Shown: positions 9,471 to 18,635 of the stretch, one piece after another | Position numbering within the stretch: position 1 is the first letter of the stretch | Layout: every line of letters starts with the position of its first letter | Origin: Bacteroidales bacterium | Lineage (GTDB): Bacteria; Bacteroidota; Bacteroidia; Bacteroidales; FEN-979 | Direction of reading: 5' to 3' | DNA length: 64,000 nucleotides | Assembly (NCBI GenBank): GCA_963662525.1 | Contig: OY759717.1 | Span: 1,237,670 to 1,301,669 of the forward strand | Made by a program: the position numbers and the translations under genes | Notes under the pieces: model-generated | The model's database searches: none | What the model was told of the DNA's origin: nothing | Seen by the model: only the letters and a program-made list of their open reading frames with translations

Positions 9471-9594
9471 TGTCAGTCCGGGACATTCCTTTTCAGGTTT
9501 AAAATCCTTGCGACCGATACCCATTGAAATTATGTTGTAAACCGCAATTATATTATTTCAGATATGATATTTCGTAATGAGAGCAGGAATTTGC

Positions 9595-10467
9595 TTACTT
9601 CCTCTCCACCAATTCTCCAGGAACAGGAGGAAAAATAATCCTGAAATCGTTTTTCATGCTGATCCTGATCCAGTTCTCAGCTTTTGCCATCCGGATGGCC
9701 TCTTCAGCTCCTTCAGAATAAGCGTACTCTCTTTCCATATCATCATGCAGGATCAGCATTCTCAAAGATGGGTGAGGGTTTTTCCCGGCATATCGTATCA
9801 TCGGGATGTCTCCATCGGCATTACCAATTACTATCAGCGGCTTATTTCCGATATGATAATATATGCTTTCAGGCTTTCCCGTTTTCCAGCAAGCTAAATG
9901 GATATCTTCGGTACGGATTATCTCATTCATTACAGAATCATAATCGTTGCGATAAACCGTACCGATAATGCGTTCGGGAGGGACAGGTAGATCCCTGGCG
10001 ATCAAACGGATAAAATCCATATCGCTACCTGTGCAGATAAAATTACGAATCTGATGCGCTTCGAAAAAGGCCAGCAGTTCAAGCATGGGCTGATACATGC
10101 ATGCCTTGTATAGCCGCTTCAGACGGGGATGTTTTACCGTATTATACCAGGCTGTCACTAAAGTATCATACGTTGCTGGATCCGGTATAAATGCCGGGAC
10201 AACCTGTTTAAATACTTTTTGCAGATAATCCGGTTTCTCAATCATGATCGTCCCGTCAAAGTCAAAGACTGCAACCCGGTCAATGGTATCCGTATACAGA
10301 ACTGAATGGGGATCACTGATCTGCTGAACATAACGGATAATAGCTTCTTTAACAGCAGTATTATTCCAGGAAGGCAGGGGGTCTACGACCGGCAGCATGG
10401 TCTGATTAATACAGCCGGGAGAAAGAAATACGATAATAAGAAGAAGAAATAACGACTTTTTCATCAA
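9595..10467 (-). CDS. HAD-superfamily hydrolase, probable lipoprotein
   Basis: Lipoprotein-like signal (..FLSPGC) and HAD motif I (VAVFDFDGTIM). Confidence 0.65.
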   Translation of the reverse strand: MMKKSLFLLLIIVFLSPGCINQTMLPVVDPLPSWNNTAVKEAIIRYVQQISDPHSVLYTDTIDRVAVFDFDGTIMIEKPDYLQKVFKQVVPAFIPDPATYDTLVTAWYNTVKHPRLKRLYKACMYQPMLELLAFFEAHQIRNFICTGSDMDFIRLIARDLPVPPERIIGTVYRNDYDSVMNEIIRTEDIHLACWKTGKPESIYYHIGNKPLIVIGNADGDIPMIRYAGKNPHPSLRMLILHDDMEREYAYSEGAEEAIRMAKAENWIRISMKNDFRIIFPPVPGELVERK

Positions 10468-10608
10468 CCAGTTTTTAGCTCAGTCAAAAATACACTTTTA
10501 CGGAATCCTTATCCTGGTCATGGATAACAATTTGCTCATTTCAGTCAAAAAAGTACAGGGAAAATCAGGGTAATCGATATTTTGCTTCAGGTCAACAGGA
10601 TTAATAAC

Positions 10609-10616
10609 TAATTTTG
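10609..10616 (+). promoter_or_regulatory. -7 promoter box TAATTTTG
   Basis: Matches TAnnTTTG, only 4 nt before the ATG at 10621. Confidence 0.4.
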
Positions 10617-10620
10617 CTCC

Positions 10621-12177
10621 ATGCCCAGATTTCTGAAAAAAATAAATAAATCTATCTTTCCGGGAGTGATGTTCTTTCTGATCTCCTTTTTTGCATTCCC
10701 TCAAAATAATACGCTATTCGACGATAATCGCTTATCTTCCATTTATATCACCATAGCTCCCGATTCACTCGCCGTGATTATGACTGATATACTGTCGGAT
10801 CACTATTATATGGCAAGATTTATTTTCGACGACACCCGGCATCGCGATACCCTGGAAAACATAGGATTCCGGCTGAGAGGCAATACTTCCCGTTATGCCC
10901 AGAAAAAATCTTTCAAGATCAGTTTCAACGAATACGTTTCAGGACGAAAATACCAGGGCGTTAAAAAGATCAACCTGAACGGCGAACATAACGATCCTAC
11001 CCTGATCCGGGAAAAGCTGTATTACGATATATGGAAAAAAGCAGGCATGGTGGAACGCCGCACAAATTTCATGAAACTCTATATCAATAATCAGTATTTC
11101 GGATTGTATACCAACCTCGAGGAGATGGAAAAAGAATGGCTCTCGAGTGTCTACGACGACAAAGACGGCAATCTGTATAAATGTACTTACCCGGCTGATC
11201 TGGTTTACCTGGGTAATGATCCCCAGACTTACAAGGATCTTGAAAATTCAACAGTTACTGGCGGAAGGGTCTATGAACTTCAAACCAATAAATCTGCGGA
11301 TGATTACACCCGGCTAGTTCAGTTGATCACAACATTGGATCGGACGGTAGATTCCGAATTTGCCGCCAACATTGATACCATTGTCAATACCGGACATTTC
11401 CTTAAAGCCCTGGCCCTGGATGTTGCCATGGGAAACTGGGATAACTACAGCTTTAATAAAAACAATTTCTATCTCTACGACAATCCCTCCGACAAACGTT
11501 TCGACTTCATCACCTACGATCCCGATAATAATTGCGGTATCGATTGGTTTGGCATTGACTGGGGCAACAGGGATTGCCGCGACTGGATCAACCGCAGCAT
11601 GGATCTTCCCCTGGCACAAAAACTGCTGGCTGTCCCTGATTTTTTTATCCGTTACAAGCAATTTCTCGATACCATTGCCAATACCATCATTCATCCTGAC
11701 AGCATTTTTCCGCGTATAGATGCCCTGAAACAACAAATACAGCAGGCTGCCGAAGCCGACACCTATCGTACTCTTGATTATGGTTACAGCATTGCTGATT
11801 TCAATAACAGCTACAACCAGGCCCTGGGAGCTCATGTTAAGTACGGTCTCAAGCCGTTTTTCACTACCCGTAAAGAATCCATCAGCAGGCAATTGCATCC
11901 CGAAGGTCTGGACGATGGAGGAAGGGAACTCCCCGGTTTAACGATATATCCCAATCCTGCCCGGGAAGAAATTACGATAAAAAGTCCGGAGCCAGGACTT
12001 CATATGCTTCAGTACAGAATTGTCGATGTTTTCGGAAAAACACATAAAGAAGTGACAGGAATCATGTTTCAGGATGGGAAATGCAGGGTTGCCGTGAATG
12101 ATCTTCCCGCTGGTATTTATTTGCTTATGATTGAAGTTCCCGGTAAGATATTTTCAGGAAAGTTTATCAGGGAATGA
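10621..12177 (+). CDS. CotH-family protein with T9SS C-terminal sorting domain
   Basis: CotH-like blocks (NGEHNDPTLIREKLYYD, NWDNYSFNKNNFYLY). The C-terminus (..TIYPNPAREEITI..GIYLLMIEV..GKFIRE) resembles a T9SS type A CTD. Confidence 0.75.
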   Translation: MPRFLKKINKSIFPGVMFFLISFFAFPQNNTLFDDNRLSSIYITIAPDSLAVIMTDILSDHYYMARFIFDDTRHRDTLENIGFRLRGNTSRYAQKKSFKISFNEYVSGRKYQGVKKINLNGEHNDPTLIREKLYYDIWKKAGMVERRTNFMKLYINNQYFGLYTNLEEMEKEWLSSVYDDKDGNLYKCTYPADLVYLGNDPQTYKDLENSTVTGGRVYELQTNKSADDYTRLVQLITTLDRTVDSEFAANIDTIVNTGHFLKALALDVAMGNWDNYSFNKNNFYLYDNPSDKRFDFITYDPDNNCGIDWFGIDWGNRDCRDWINRSMDLPLAQKLLAVPDFFIRYKQFLDTIANTIIHPDSIFPRIDALKQQIQQAAEADTYRTLDYGYSIADFNNSYNQALGAHVKYGLKPFFTTRKESISRQLHPEGLDDGGRELPGLTIYPNPAREEITIKSPEPGLHMLQYRIVDVFGKTHKEVTGIMFQDGKCRVAVNDLPAGIYLLMIEVPGKIFSGKFIRE

Positions 12178-12184
12178 CCCCTCT

Positions 12185-13303
12185 TCAGGGAGTAACGGCA
12201 TGATGCCTGACACCATCCTGGTATGCAACAACAAAAGCATCCCTGATCCCCAGTTTTTTCATCTGTTTACATATTTTCGCGGCTTGGTTCATATCCTGGT
12301 AATTTCCTACCAGGAATCTTTCCATTTTTCCCTCTTTTTCCATACGCACCTCAAAAGGCACTTTATAACGCTTTTTGATCCATTGAGATGAATACTGATG
12401 ACGGTCGAAGGCAAAGATCTGGACAACATAGGTATAATTATCCGGCTGCACTGAAGGTAGGGTGACTTTCGGAGGCGGCGGATTGATCACATTAAGCGGC
12501 ATGACAGGAGGAGGGGGCAATTGTTCCGGAGCCTTATATTCATATGCAGGCATAGGATAATCTTTTACTTTCATGGATTTTGAGCGGGGTTTCCCGAAAT
12601 TAAAGGAAATCCCAATACCGAGGCAATCATACATATCCCATTTGGCCCCTCCACTGGTCTGATCCAGCAAGTCGGAATTGATAAAACGGAAATTCCATTC
12701 CAGGGAAAGGTTGAGCCGGTCGATGGCCCTATAGGTAATGCCCAGTCCTACAGGGATGACCAAGGCATGGTGGAAATTATTTAAAGGATTGTTGGTACTG
12801 ATGGAATCGGCATTATAAACCACGCCAAGTACCTTGGTGTACCAGGCCGAATAACCGATGCCGAGCGTTCCATAAACAAAAAACTTACGGGAAGCCCGGT
12901 AGGGTGAAAGCATATTGGAAAAGTTGATCATCCCGTTCACTGTTCCATCGGCGATGATGCCGGTAAATGTTCTTTCCACCTGCTGCCCCTTAACCACGAT
13001 GTTGCCATGACCGTTAAGCCAGCCGCCAGTCAGCTGTATGCGCATACCGATCACATTGGTGAACTGGTACTGGGTGAATAAACTCCCAGCCAAGGAAGTG
13101 TTTTTATTAAATCTCAGGGTATTCTGTGTCAGATCGCCCACGTAAAAATCAGGTCCGAAGGATAGGCCCAGACTCCAGCGTTTGGCGTATCCGGGTTCCG
13201 CATAGTTGCGCACCTGCTCTTCCTGGGATTTTAAAAGCATTGGAAGTAAAATAAAAAGGAGAAGAAAACAATGTAATCGCAAGCGCATGAAAGTTTGTTT
13301 CAA
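12185..13303 (-). CDS. Outer-membrane beta-barrel protein with Pro-rich linker and C-terminal SPOR domain
   Basis: Signal peptide and alternating beta-strand pattern, then PPPPVMPLNVINPPPP. The C-terminal region (YVVQIFAF..FLVGNY..AFVVAY) is SPOR-like. Confidence 0.65.
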   Translation of the reverse strand: MKQTFMRLRLHCFLLLFILLPMLLKSQEEQVRNYAEPGYAKRWSLGLSFGPDFYVGDLTQNTLRFNKNTSLAGSLFTQYQFTNVIGMRIQLTGGWLNGHGNIVVKGQQVERTFTGIIADGTVNGMINFSNMLSPYRASRKFFVYGTLGIGYSAWYTKVLGVVYNADSISTNNPLNNFHHALVIPVGLGITYRAIDRLNLSLEWNFRFINSDLLDQTSGGAKWDMYDCLGIGISFNFGKPRSKSMKVKDYPMPAYEYKAPEQLPPPPVMPLNVINPPPPKVTLPSVQPDNYTYVVQIFAFDRHQYSSQWIKKRYKVPFEVRMEKEGKMERFLVGNYQDMNQAAKICKQMKKLGIRDAFVVAYQDGVRHHAVTP

Positions 13304-13353
13304 AACGTTGGATTAAAAGTAAAAAAAGTTTTGATAAATAACGAAAAAAATAT

Positions 13354-13374
13354 TCGGGATGCGGGATGATGAGA
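13354..13374. repeat. Heptamer array TCGGGAT GCGGGAT GATGAGA
   Basis: It shares the 14-nt string cgggatgcgggatg with 6931-6944, inside the UvrA linker. Confidence 0.75.
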
Positions 13375-13454
13375 AAGGGTGCGATTTTGCAGCAAGCAAC
13401 ATGTTTATCAAATTAATGAACAGTATCTGTTGACTGAGACTGGAAAACTTTTTC

Positions 13455-13462
13455 TACCTTTG
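13455..13462 (+). promoter_or_regulatory. -7 promoter box TACCTTTG
   Basis: Matches TAnnTTTG, 10 nt upstream of the ATG at 13473. Confidence 0.35.
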
Positions 13463-13472
13463 AAAGAAAGTA

Positions 13473-13816
13473 ATGAGTTCATTAGCGAAAGACCTGCAAT
13501 CATCCAAAAAGACAATCACGGAATTTTTCGACATAACGATAAGAGTACTACATCGTTTACCCAATGTTGTCAGCAACACTATAGTGAAGAATGATTACAA
13601 ATTTTAACATCCAATATTGCTGGGACAATAAAATTTTTTAGACCGATTAACAAAAATCTTCTCATCGAAAACAGCCATGGCTTTATATTGGCATTGGAAA
13701 AAGTTTTTAAAATACTTGAAAAGCTAAAAAATAAAAAGATAACTTTTTTGAAGAGCGAAAAAGCTCTAATTGATAGTACGCTTTATACCATTCAGCAATC
13801 CATTGGTGCGGGATAA
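13473..13816 (+). pseudogene. Possible decayed gene: a 44-codon ORF (13473-13607) followed by an open but start-less stretch in the -1 frame (13595-13816)
   Basis: Translated by eye as MSSLAKDLQSSKKTITEFFDITIRVLHRLPNVVSNTIVKNDYKF*. The next frame stays open for about 70 codons (..NKNLLIENSHGFILALEKVFKILEKLKNKK..) with no ATG. Confidence 0.2.
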
Positions 13817-13934
13817 GATTATTTTGTTAATCACATTTGGTCACACAATTAAACCCTGCTCTGTGACTGCTCGCGATGCGTCAGGTGAGATTATTCGAAA
13901 TAAAATATATTTTTCTATTGAAATCTTCTTCTAT

Positions 13935-15365
13935 ATGAAAACGAAAATCTGCAGCGACCAGTTGAAATTGATTGTTGTATTTTTAATCCTTATGACAAAT
14001 TGTACAAAAAAGTCTTCAAACGAAGAAACTTCTAATATTCAAATACCTGAAGTCTTGACAATTGAGGCCTCAAAAATCACATCTTATTCGGCGGAAAGCG
14101 GAGGCAATTGCAATGATGGTGTTCCTCTTATCACGGCCAAAGGTGTTTGCTGGAGCACATCACACAACCCGACAACTAATTCTACTAAAACAATTGATGG
14201 AAACGGAGCAGGTTCATTCATTAGCAATATCAAAGGGCTGACGCCAAACACAGTTTATTATATACGAGCATACGCTACTAACAAAATTGGCACAGGCTAT
14301 GGAAACGAAGTAACATTTACAACATCAACAGCACTAACGGTAACAACGACAGCTGTTACAGATATTGCTCCAGTAACAGCGACATGCGGTGGAGTCGTCA
14401 CGACTGATGGGGGATTCTCTATTACGACAAGGGGTGTATGTTGGAATACCTCATCTAATCCCACTATTCTTGATAGCCATACAACTGATGGAAATGGAAT
14501 TGGTGCATTTACCAGCAATTTAACGGGCTTGGCTGCCAATACAATTTATCACATACGGGCTTATGCTATAAACTCTGAGGAAATAGCCTATGGAAATGAG
14601 GTTACTTTTACAACACTAAATCCGACATTTCCAATTGTAACCACATTTGGAGTATCTGATATTGCTCAATTCACAGCAAAAAGTGGAGGAAACGTTACCT
14701 CAGATGAAGGGGCACCAGTGACAATTCGTGGGATCTGCTGGAGTACTTCTCTCAATCCCACAACAACTAACAGTCATACCACTGATGGTTCTGACACAGG
14801 GAAGTTTGTGAGTAACATGACAGGGCTTGACGGAAGTACACTTTATTATGTAAGGGCCTATGCTACAAACGATATGGGAACAGGGTATGGAAATGAAGTT
14901 ACGTTTACAACATTACACTTTATTGGCGAAAGTTTTGGAGGTGGAAAAATATTTTATATTGATGGAACAGGTATGCATGGATTAATTGCTGCCACTACTG
15001 ACCAGGCCGAAACAATTTGGGGTTGTTATGGAACAGATGTACAAGGTACATTCACTGCCATCGGTACAGGCCAAGCTAATACCACGGCAATAATTAATAC
15101 ATGCCTATGGCCAGGAATTGCAGCCCAAGTATGTAATGACCTTGTGCTTAACGGATACGATGATTGGTTTTTACCATCAAAAGACGAGCTTAATCAGATG
15201 TATGTTCAAAGGAATATTATTGGCGGTTTTAATGGTTACAAAGTCTATTGGAGTTCCTCTCAGGACGCTCCAAACGAAGGTAAAATACAATATTTTTTCG
15301 ATGGTAGTCAGGGTTGGGGCTATAAGGATAGTAATTTTTTTGTACGCGCTAATCGTGCTTTTTAA
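13935..15365 (+). CDS. Lipoprotein with three tandem ~97-aa repeats and a C-terminal DUF1566 (Lcl C-terminal-like) domain
   Basis: The ATG at 13935 gives MKTKICSDQLKLIVVFLILMTNC. Three repeats each end ..YGNEVTFTT, at 14324, 14615 and 14912. The C-terminal region (..GGGKIFYID..WFLPSKDELNQMY) is DUF1566-like. Confidence 0.7.
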   Translation: MKTKICSDQLKLIVVFLILMTNCTKKSSNEETSNIQIPEVLTIEASKITSYSAESGGNCNDGVPLITAKGVCWSTSHNPTTNSTKTIDGNGAGSFISNIKGLTPNTVYYIRAYATNKIGTGYGNEVTFTTSTALTVTTTAVTDIAPVTATCGGVVTTDGGFSITTRGVCWNTSSNPTILDSHTTDGNGIGAFTSNLTGLAANTIYHIRAYAINSEEIAYGNEVTFTTLNPTFPIVTTFGVSDIAQFTAKSGGNVTSDEGAPVTIRGICWSTSLNPTTTNSHTTDGSDTGKFVSNMTGLDGSTLYYVRAYATNDMGTGYGNEVTFTTLHFIGESFGGGKIFYIDGTGMHGLIAATTDQAETIWGCYGTDVQGTFTAIGTGQANTTAIINTCLWPGIAAQVCNDLVLNGYDDWFLPSKDELNQMYVQRNIIGGFNGYKVYWSSSQDAPNEGKIQYFFDGSQGWGYKDSNFFVRANRAF

Positions 15366-15533
15366 TAAACCGTTTAGTTAAATTTACAAATCTACCATTT
15401 GGGGCAAGTTACACAATTGCAAAAAAGTTTAATACTTTTATCCAATGGCAAATCATACCACAGTTAATTGAGCAGGCTGCTCCGTAAGCATCGCCCACGT
15501 CAATACAAACAATAACCATAAACACATGACACC

Positions 15534-16745
15534 ATGAAAACAAAAATCCTTTTTCTTGCACTTCTAGCAACAAATATTGCTACTGCTCAAGACTGGACAA
15601 TTCAAAATTCCGGCACAATGAATTGTTTAAATTCTGTTTATTGCAGAAATTCTGATACTATTTATGCTGTTGGCAATGAGGGAACGATACTAAAAACGAT
15701 AAACGGTGGAATAAACTGGATAATTCAAAATTGGAATACCACTTATTGTTTGAACTCAGTGCGTTTTTTAAATTCAAATATTGGATATGCTACCGGTGGG
15801 GGAGATCAGAGCGCAATATTAAAAACGACAAATGGAGGGACATTTTGGACCAATATATATCCCGGATCTACATATTATTTTCATGATGTCTTTTTTACCG
15901 ATACGAATACTGGTTATGTCGTAGGTGAATCAGGTAGAATACTAAAAACAGTTGACGGGGGTAATAATTGGGCACTTCAATCTTCCGGTACAATTGTATC
16001 ATTGTATTCTGTTTACTTCACAGATTCAAATACTGGTTATGCTGTTGGCTCAGAGAATACGATTTTAAGAACCAATGATGGTGGAATAAATTGGACCATC
16101 CAAGTTAACGGGGGACCTGGCGTATATTTATTTTCCGTGTATTTCCCAAATGCGAATACCGGCTATGCTGTGGGGTATGAAATCAATCCAAATTATGGAT
16201 ATATTGTGAAAACAATTAATGGTGGATTAGATTGGACTACTCAAGAATCTGGAACTTCAAAATCGTTACAGTCAGTTTATTTTACAGACCTTAATACAGG
16301 TTATGCTGTTGGTGCAGAGAATACAATTTTAAAAACATTAAATGGAGGAACGACCTGGATAAAGCAAAATGCAGAAATTCCAACATCCACAATGTTACAT
16401 TCTGTATATTTTACTGAAGCAGATTCAGGGTATGTCACTGGGGAGGGTGGGTTAATACTGAAAACCACAAATGGAGGAGGAGTTGGGTTAACAGGACATA
16501 CTTTTACATCCCAACCTCTTAAATTATATCCCAACCCAGTTAAGGATAAGTTTACCCTTGACTGCTCAACCCCAGTTATCAATGCTTACCTTCTAATAAC
16601 AGATGTTCATGGTCAGAATATAATTCAGAAACAAGTCAACAACACATTGACATCCATTGATATCAGCGGACTTCAAGCAGGGGTTTATTTTATTCAAGTA
16701 ATGAATGAAACAATGATTAAGGTGGGTAAAATCATTAAAGAATAA
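15534..16745 (+). CDS. BNR/Ycf48-like beta-propeller repeat protein with T9SS C-terminal sorting domain
   Basis: There are about 8 repeats of the form ..ILKT(T/I)NGG..W... The tail (LKLYPNPVKDKFTL..GVYFIQV..KIIKE) resembles a T9SS CTD. Confidence 0.7.
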   Translation: MKTKILFLALLATNIATAQDWTIQNSGTMNCLNSVYCRNSDTIYAVGNEGTILKTINGGINWIIQNWNTTYCLNSVRFLNSNIGYATGGGDQSAILKTTNGGTFWTNIYPGSTYYFHDVFFTDTNTGYVVGESGRILKTVDGGNNWALQSSGTIVSLYSVYFTDSNTGYAVGSENTILRTNDGGINWTIQVNGGPGVYLFSVYFPNANTGYAVGYEINPNYGYIVKTINGGLDWTTQESGTSKSLQSVYFTDLNTGYAVGAENTILKTLNGGTTWIKQNAEIPTSTMLHSVYFTEADSGYVTGEGGLILKTTNGGGVGLTGHTFTSQPLKLYPNPVKDKFTLDCSTPVINAYLLITDVHGQNIIQKQVNNTLTSIDISGLQAGVYFIQVMNETMIKVGKIIKE

Positions 16746-16866
16746 AAAAACCGCACTCAATAAACTGACAAGACAACGACTTATCCCGAAAATATGGTAA
16801 CTCCATTTTGACTTTGCAACGAATAATAACAGAAATGAAACAAATTACTTCAAATATTTCGAATTT

Positions 16867-17634
16867 ATGAATCAAAAACAATGGTATGAATCCCTGTTTG
16901 AGAATTATGGACAGAAATACGACAGTGAAATTTTTACTCAAGGAACTATTGGCGAATGCGATTTTATTGAGACAGAATTAAAATCTGACAAGTCGCTAAA
17001 AGTATTAGACGTCGGTTGTGGCACAGGCAGGCACTCAGTGGAACTGACAAAGCGGGGATATTCCGTTACAGGGATTGATTTGTCCGAAACACAACTAAAA
17101 AGAGCTAAAGAAAAAGCAGAGAGTATTAATCTAAAAATAGATTTTCAGCAGCAGGATGCCAGATATCTATCTTTCAACAATGAATTCGACATTGCAATAA
17201 TGCTCTGTGAAGGAGGATTTCCTTTGATGGAAACCGATGAAATGAATTTTGATATTCTAAGAAGCGTTACAAAATCATTAAACAAGCATGGTAAGATCAT
17301 GCTGACAACCTTAAACGGACTATTCCCATTGTATCATTCGGTTGAGAAGTTTTGTGCATCTGTAGCAGAAGTAGGCGCTGCAACTTATCGGAGCAATACT
17401 TTTGATTTAATGACATTCCGAGACCACAATGTAACCGAATTTGAAGATGATCTTGGAAACAAAAAAGTTCTTGAATGTAACGAAAGATACTATGTTCCTT
17501 GTGAAATTACGTGGTTATTAAAATCGCTTGGATACAAAAAGGTTGAAATTTTTGGAGCAAAACTTGGGGCATTTTCGAGAAATGACAAGTTAACCAGTGA
17601 AGATTTCGAGATGCTTATTATAGCCGAAAAATGA
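16867..17634 (+). CDS. Class I SAM-dependent methyltransferase
   Basis: Motif I VLDVGCGTGRHS is present. Confidence 0.8.
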   Translation: MNQKQWYESLFENYGQKYDSEIFTQGTIGECDFIETELKSDKSLKVLDVGCGTGRHSVELTKRGYSVTGIDLSETQLKRAKEKAESINLKIDFQQQDARYLSFNNEFDIAIMLCEGGFPLMETDEMNFDILRSVTKSLNKHGKIMLTTLNGLFPLYHSVEKFCASVAEVGAATYRSNTFDLMTFRDHNVTEFEDDLGNKKVLECNERYYVPCEITWLLKSLGYKKVEIFGAKLGAFSRNDKLTSEDFEMLIIAEK

Positions 17635-17736
17635 CCTATAAGGAGGCCGAAACCATTAAAATTTAAATACAAAAGTTATTGGTCAAGCCAAGTTGATTGT
17701 GAACACCATTAGGTTGGTAAAGTAAAATCAATTTAT

Positions 17737-17758
17737 TGAAAGAGGACTGAAAGAGGAT
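17737..17758. repeat. 2 x 11-nt tandem repeat TGAAAGAGGAC TGAAAGAGGAT
   Basis: Read directly from the sequence, in an intergenic region. Confidence 0.8.
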
Positions 17759-17885
17759 ATAAATCAAGAACTTACACCACTTTGAAGAAGTTAATCCATT
17801 AACCAAGCAGGATCTCCCCGAAAGGTATTGGTGTCAAGCAGCGACTTAGGATTGCCGTTGAAATTCCATACCATTACGACAAAAA

Positions 17886-18359
17886 CTACTTTAAAAACGT
17901 TTTAATTAATGCTTTTTCATAAAGCTCAAAATCTGATTGTTTTATGGTTACCAAATACATCAGTTCCTGTTTATAATTGATAAGAACCCAATAGTAAACG
18001 TACTCGGCAAATTTAGGATCATAATCCACCCAGATTATTTGTGATGTGTTTTCAAGCTTTTTAAATTTCTTATTAAAATTATCGCATAATGAATTGAAAT
18101 CATCAAGCGTATATTTCCCGCCTATCATAAAATAATTGCAGACATCATCTTTGGTGAAGCTAAATACACCATAGCCTTCCTCGAAGTGAACCCCGATGGT
18201 ATAGGTCCCGTCATTTGATTTTTCGGGCCGTTCAATTTTTTTCGCATCCGGCTTGATCGTATTCAGAATTTCCTTTTTGGTCGCACCGATATAGGCCTGA
18301 GCAAAGGTGGCTGCCAAGGCGACCATAACAAACAATAAGGTAAGGATTACTTTTTTCAT
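17886..18359 (-). CDS. Hypothetical secreted protein (157 aa)
   Basis: Signal peptide MKKVILTLLFVMVALAATFAQA. No motif recognised. Confidence 0.55.
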   Translation of the reverse strand: MKKVILTLLFVMVALAATFAQAYIGATKKEILNTIKPDAKKIERPEKSNDGTYTIGVHFEEGYGVFSFTKDDVCNYFMIGGKYTLDDFNSLCDNFNKKFKKLENTSQIIWVDYDPKFAEYVYYWVLINYKQELMYLVTIKQSDFELYEKALIKTFLK

Positions 18360-18384
18360 TCGGGATTTATTGATTAATGAACAT

Positions 18385-18392
18385 CAAATCTA
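18385..18392 (-). promoter_or_regulatory. -7 promoter box TAGATTTG (minus strand)
   Basis: The plus strand reads CAAATCTA, 26 nt upstream of the ATG at 18359. Confidence 0.35.
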
Positions 18393-18635
18393 AGTATAAA
18401 TAAATGACGGGGACAATACATTAGCATTTTATTTCATGAGGTCTGCTCAATTGCAAAAAGAATCAATATATTTGACATGTTGTTTTTCGGGCCTAATGCA
18501 TTGGTTATACAAACATCTTGAAATTCTAAAATACATGAAAAAATTGGAATGATTTGATCTCCCCCATTCCTGAACCTGGTGGGAAAACAGAAATTAATCA
18601 TTCAAAGGTAGTTTCTTCAAATGTAACATGCTTGT

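Noticed and set aside
9415-9486. N-terminal 24-codon extension of the UvrA-like ORF (MSRTDIHFSVSLFHYFAIFTANFP).
   Set aside because: It is the translation of the octamer array at 9431-9470, hence the periodic low-complexity sequence. The ATG at 9414 sits just before the conserved UvrA N-terminus.
13379-13594. 71-aa ORF in the gap at the left border of the accessory block.
   Set aside because: It has a non-ATG start and no motif, and it overlaps the better-supported promoter box plus 44-codon ORF in another frame.
13935-15365. The DUF1566 and FISUMP-domain (43558-44307) proteins as targets of a diversity-generating retroelement.
   Set aside because: There is no reverse transcriptase, no template repeat and no adenine-specific mismatch pattern anywhere in the window.
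17810-17835. Possible att-like partial copy of the tRNA-Arg 3' end (ccccgaaagg versus ccccgaaggg in the tRNA).
   Set aside because: It is only a ~10-nt imperfect match in the middle of the block, well within chance, and there is no integrase.
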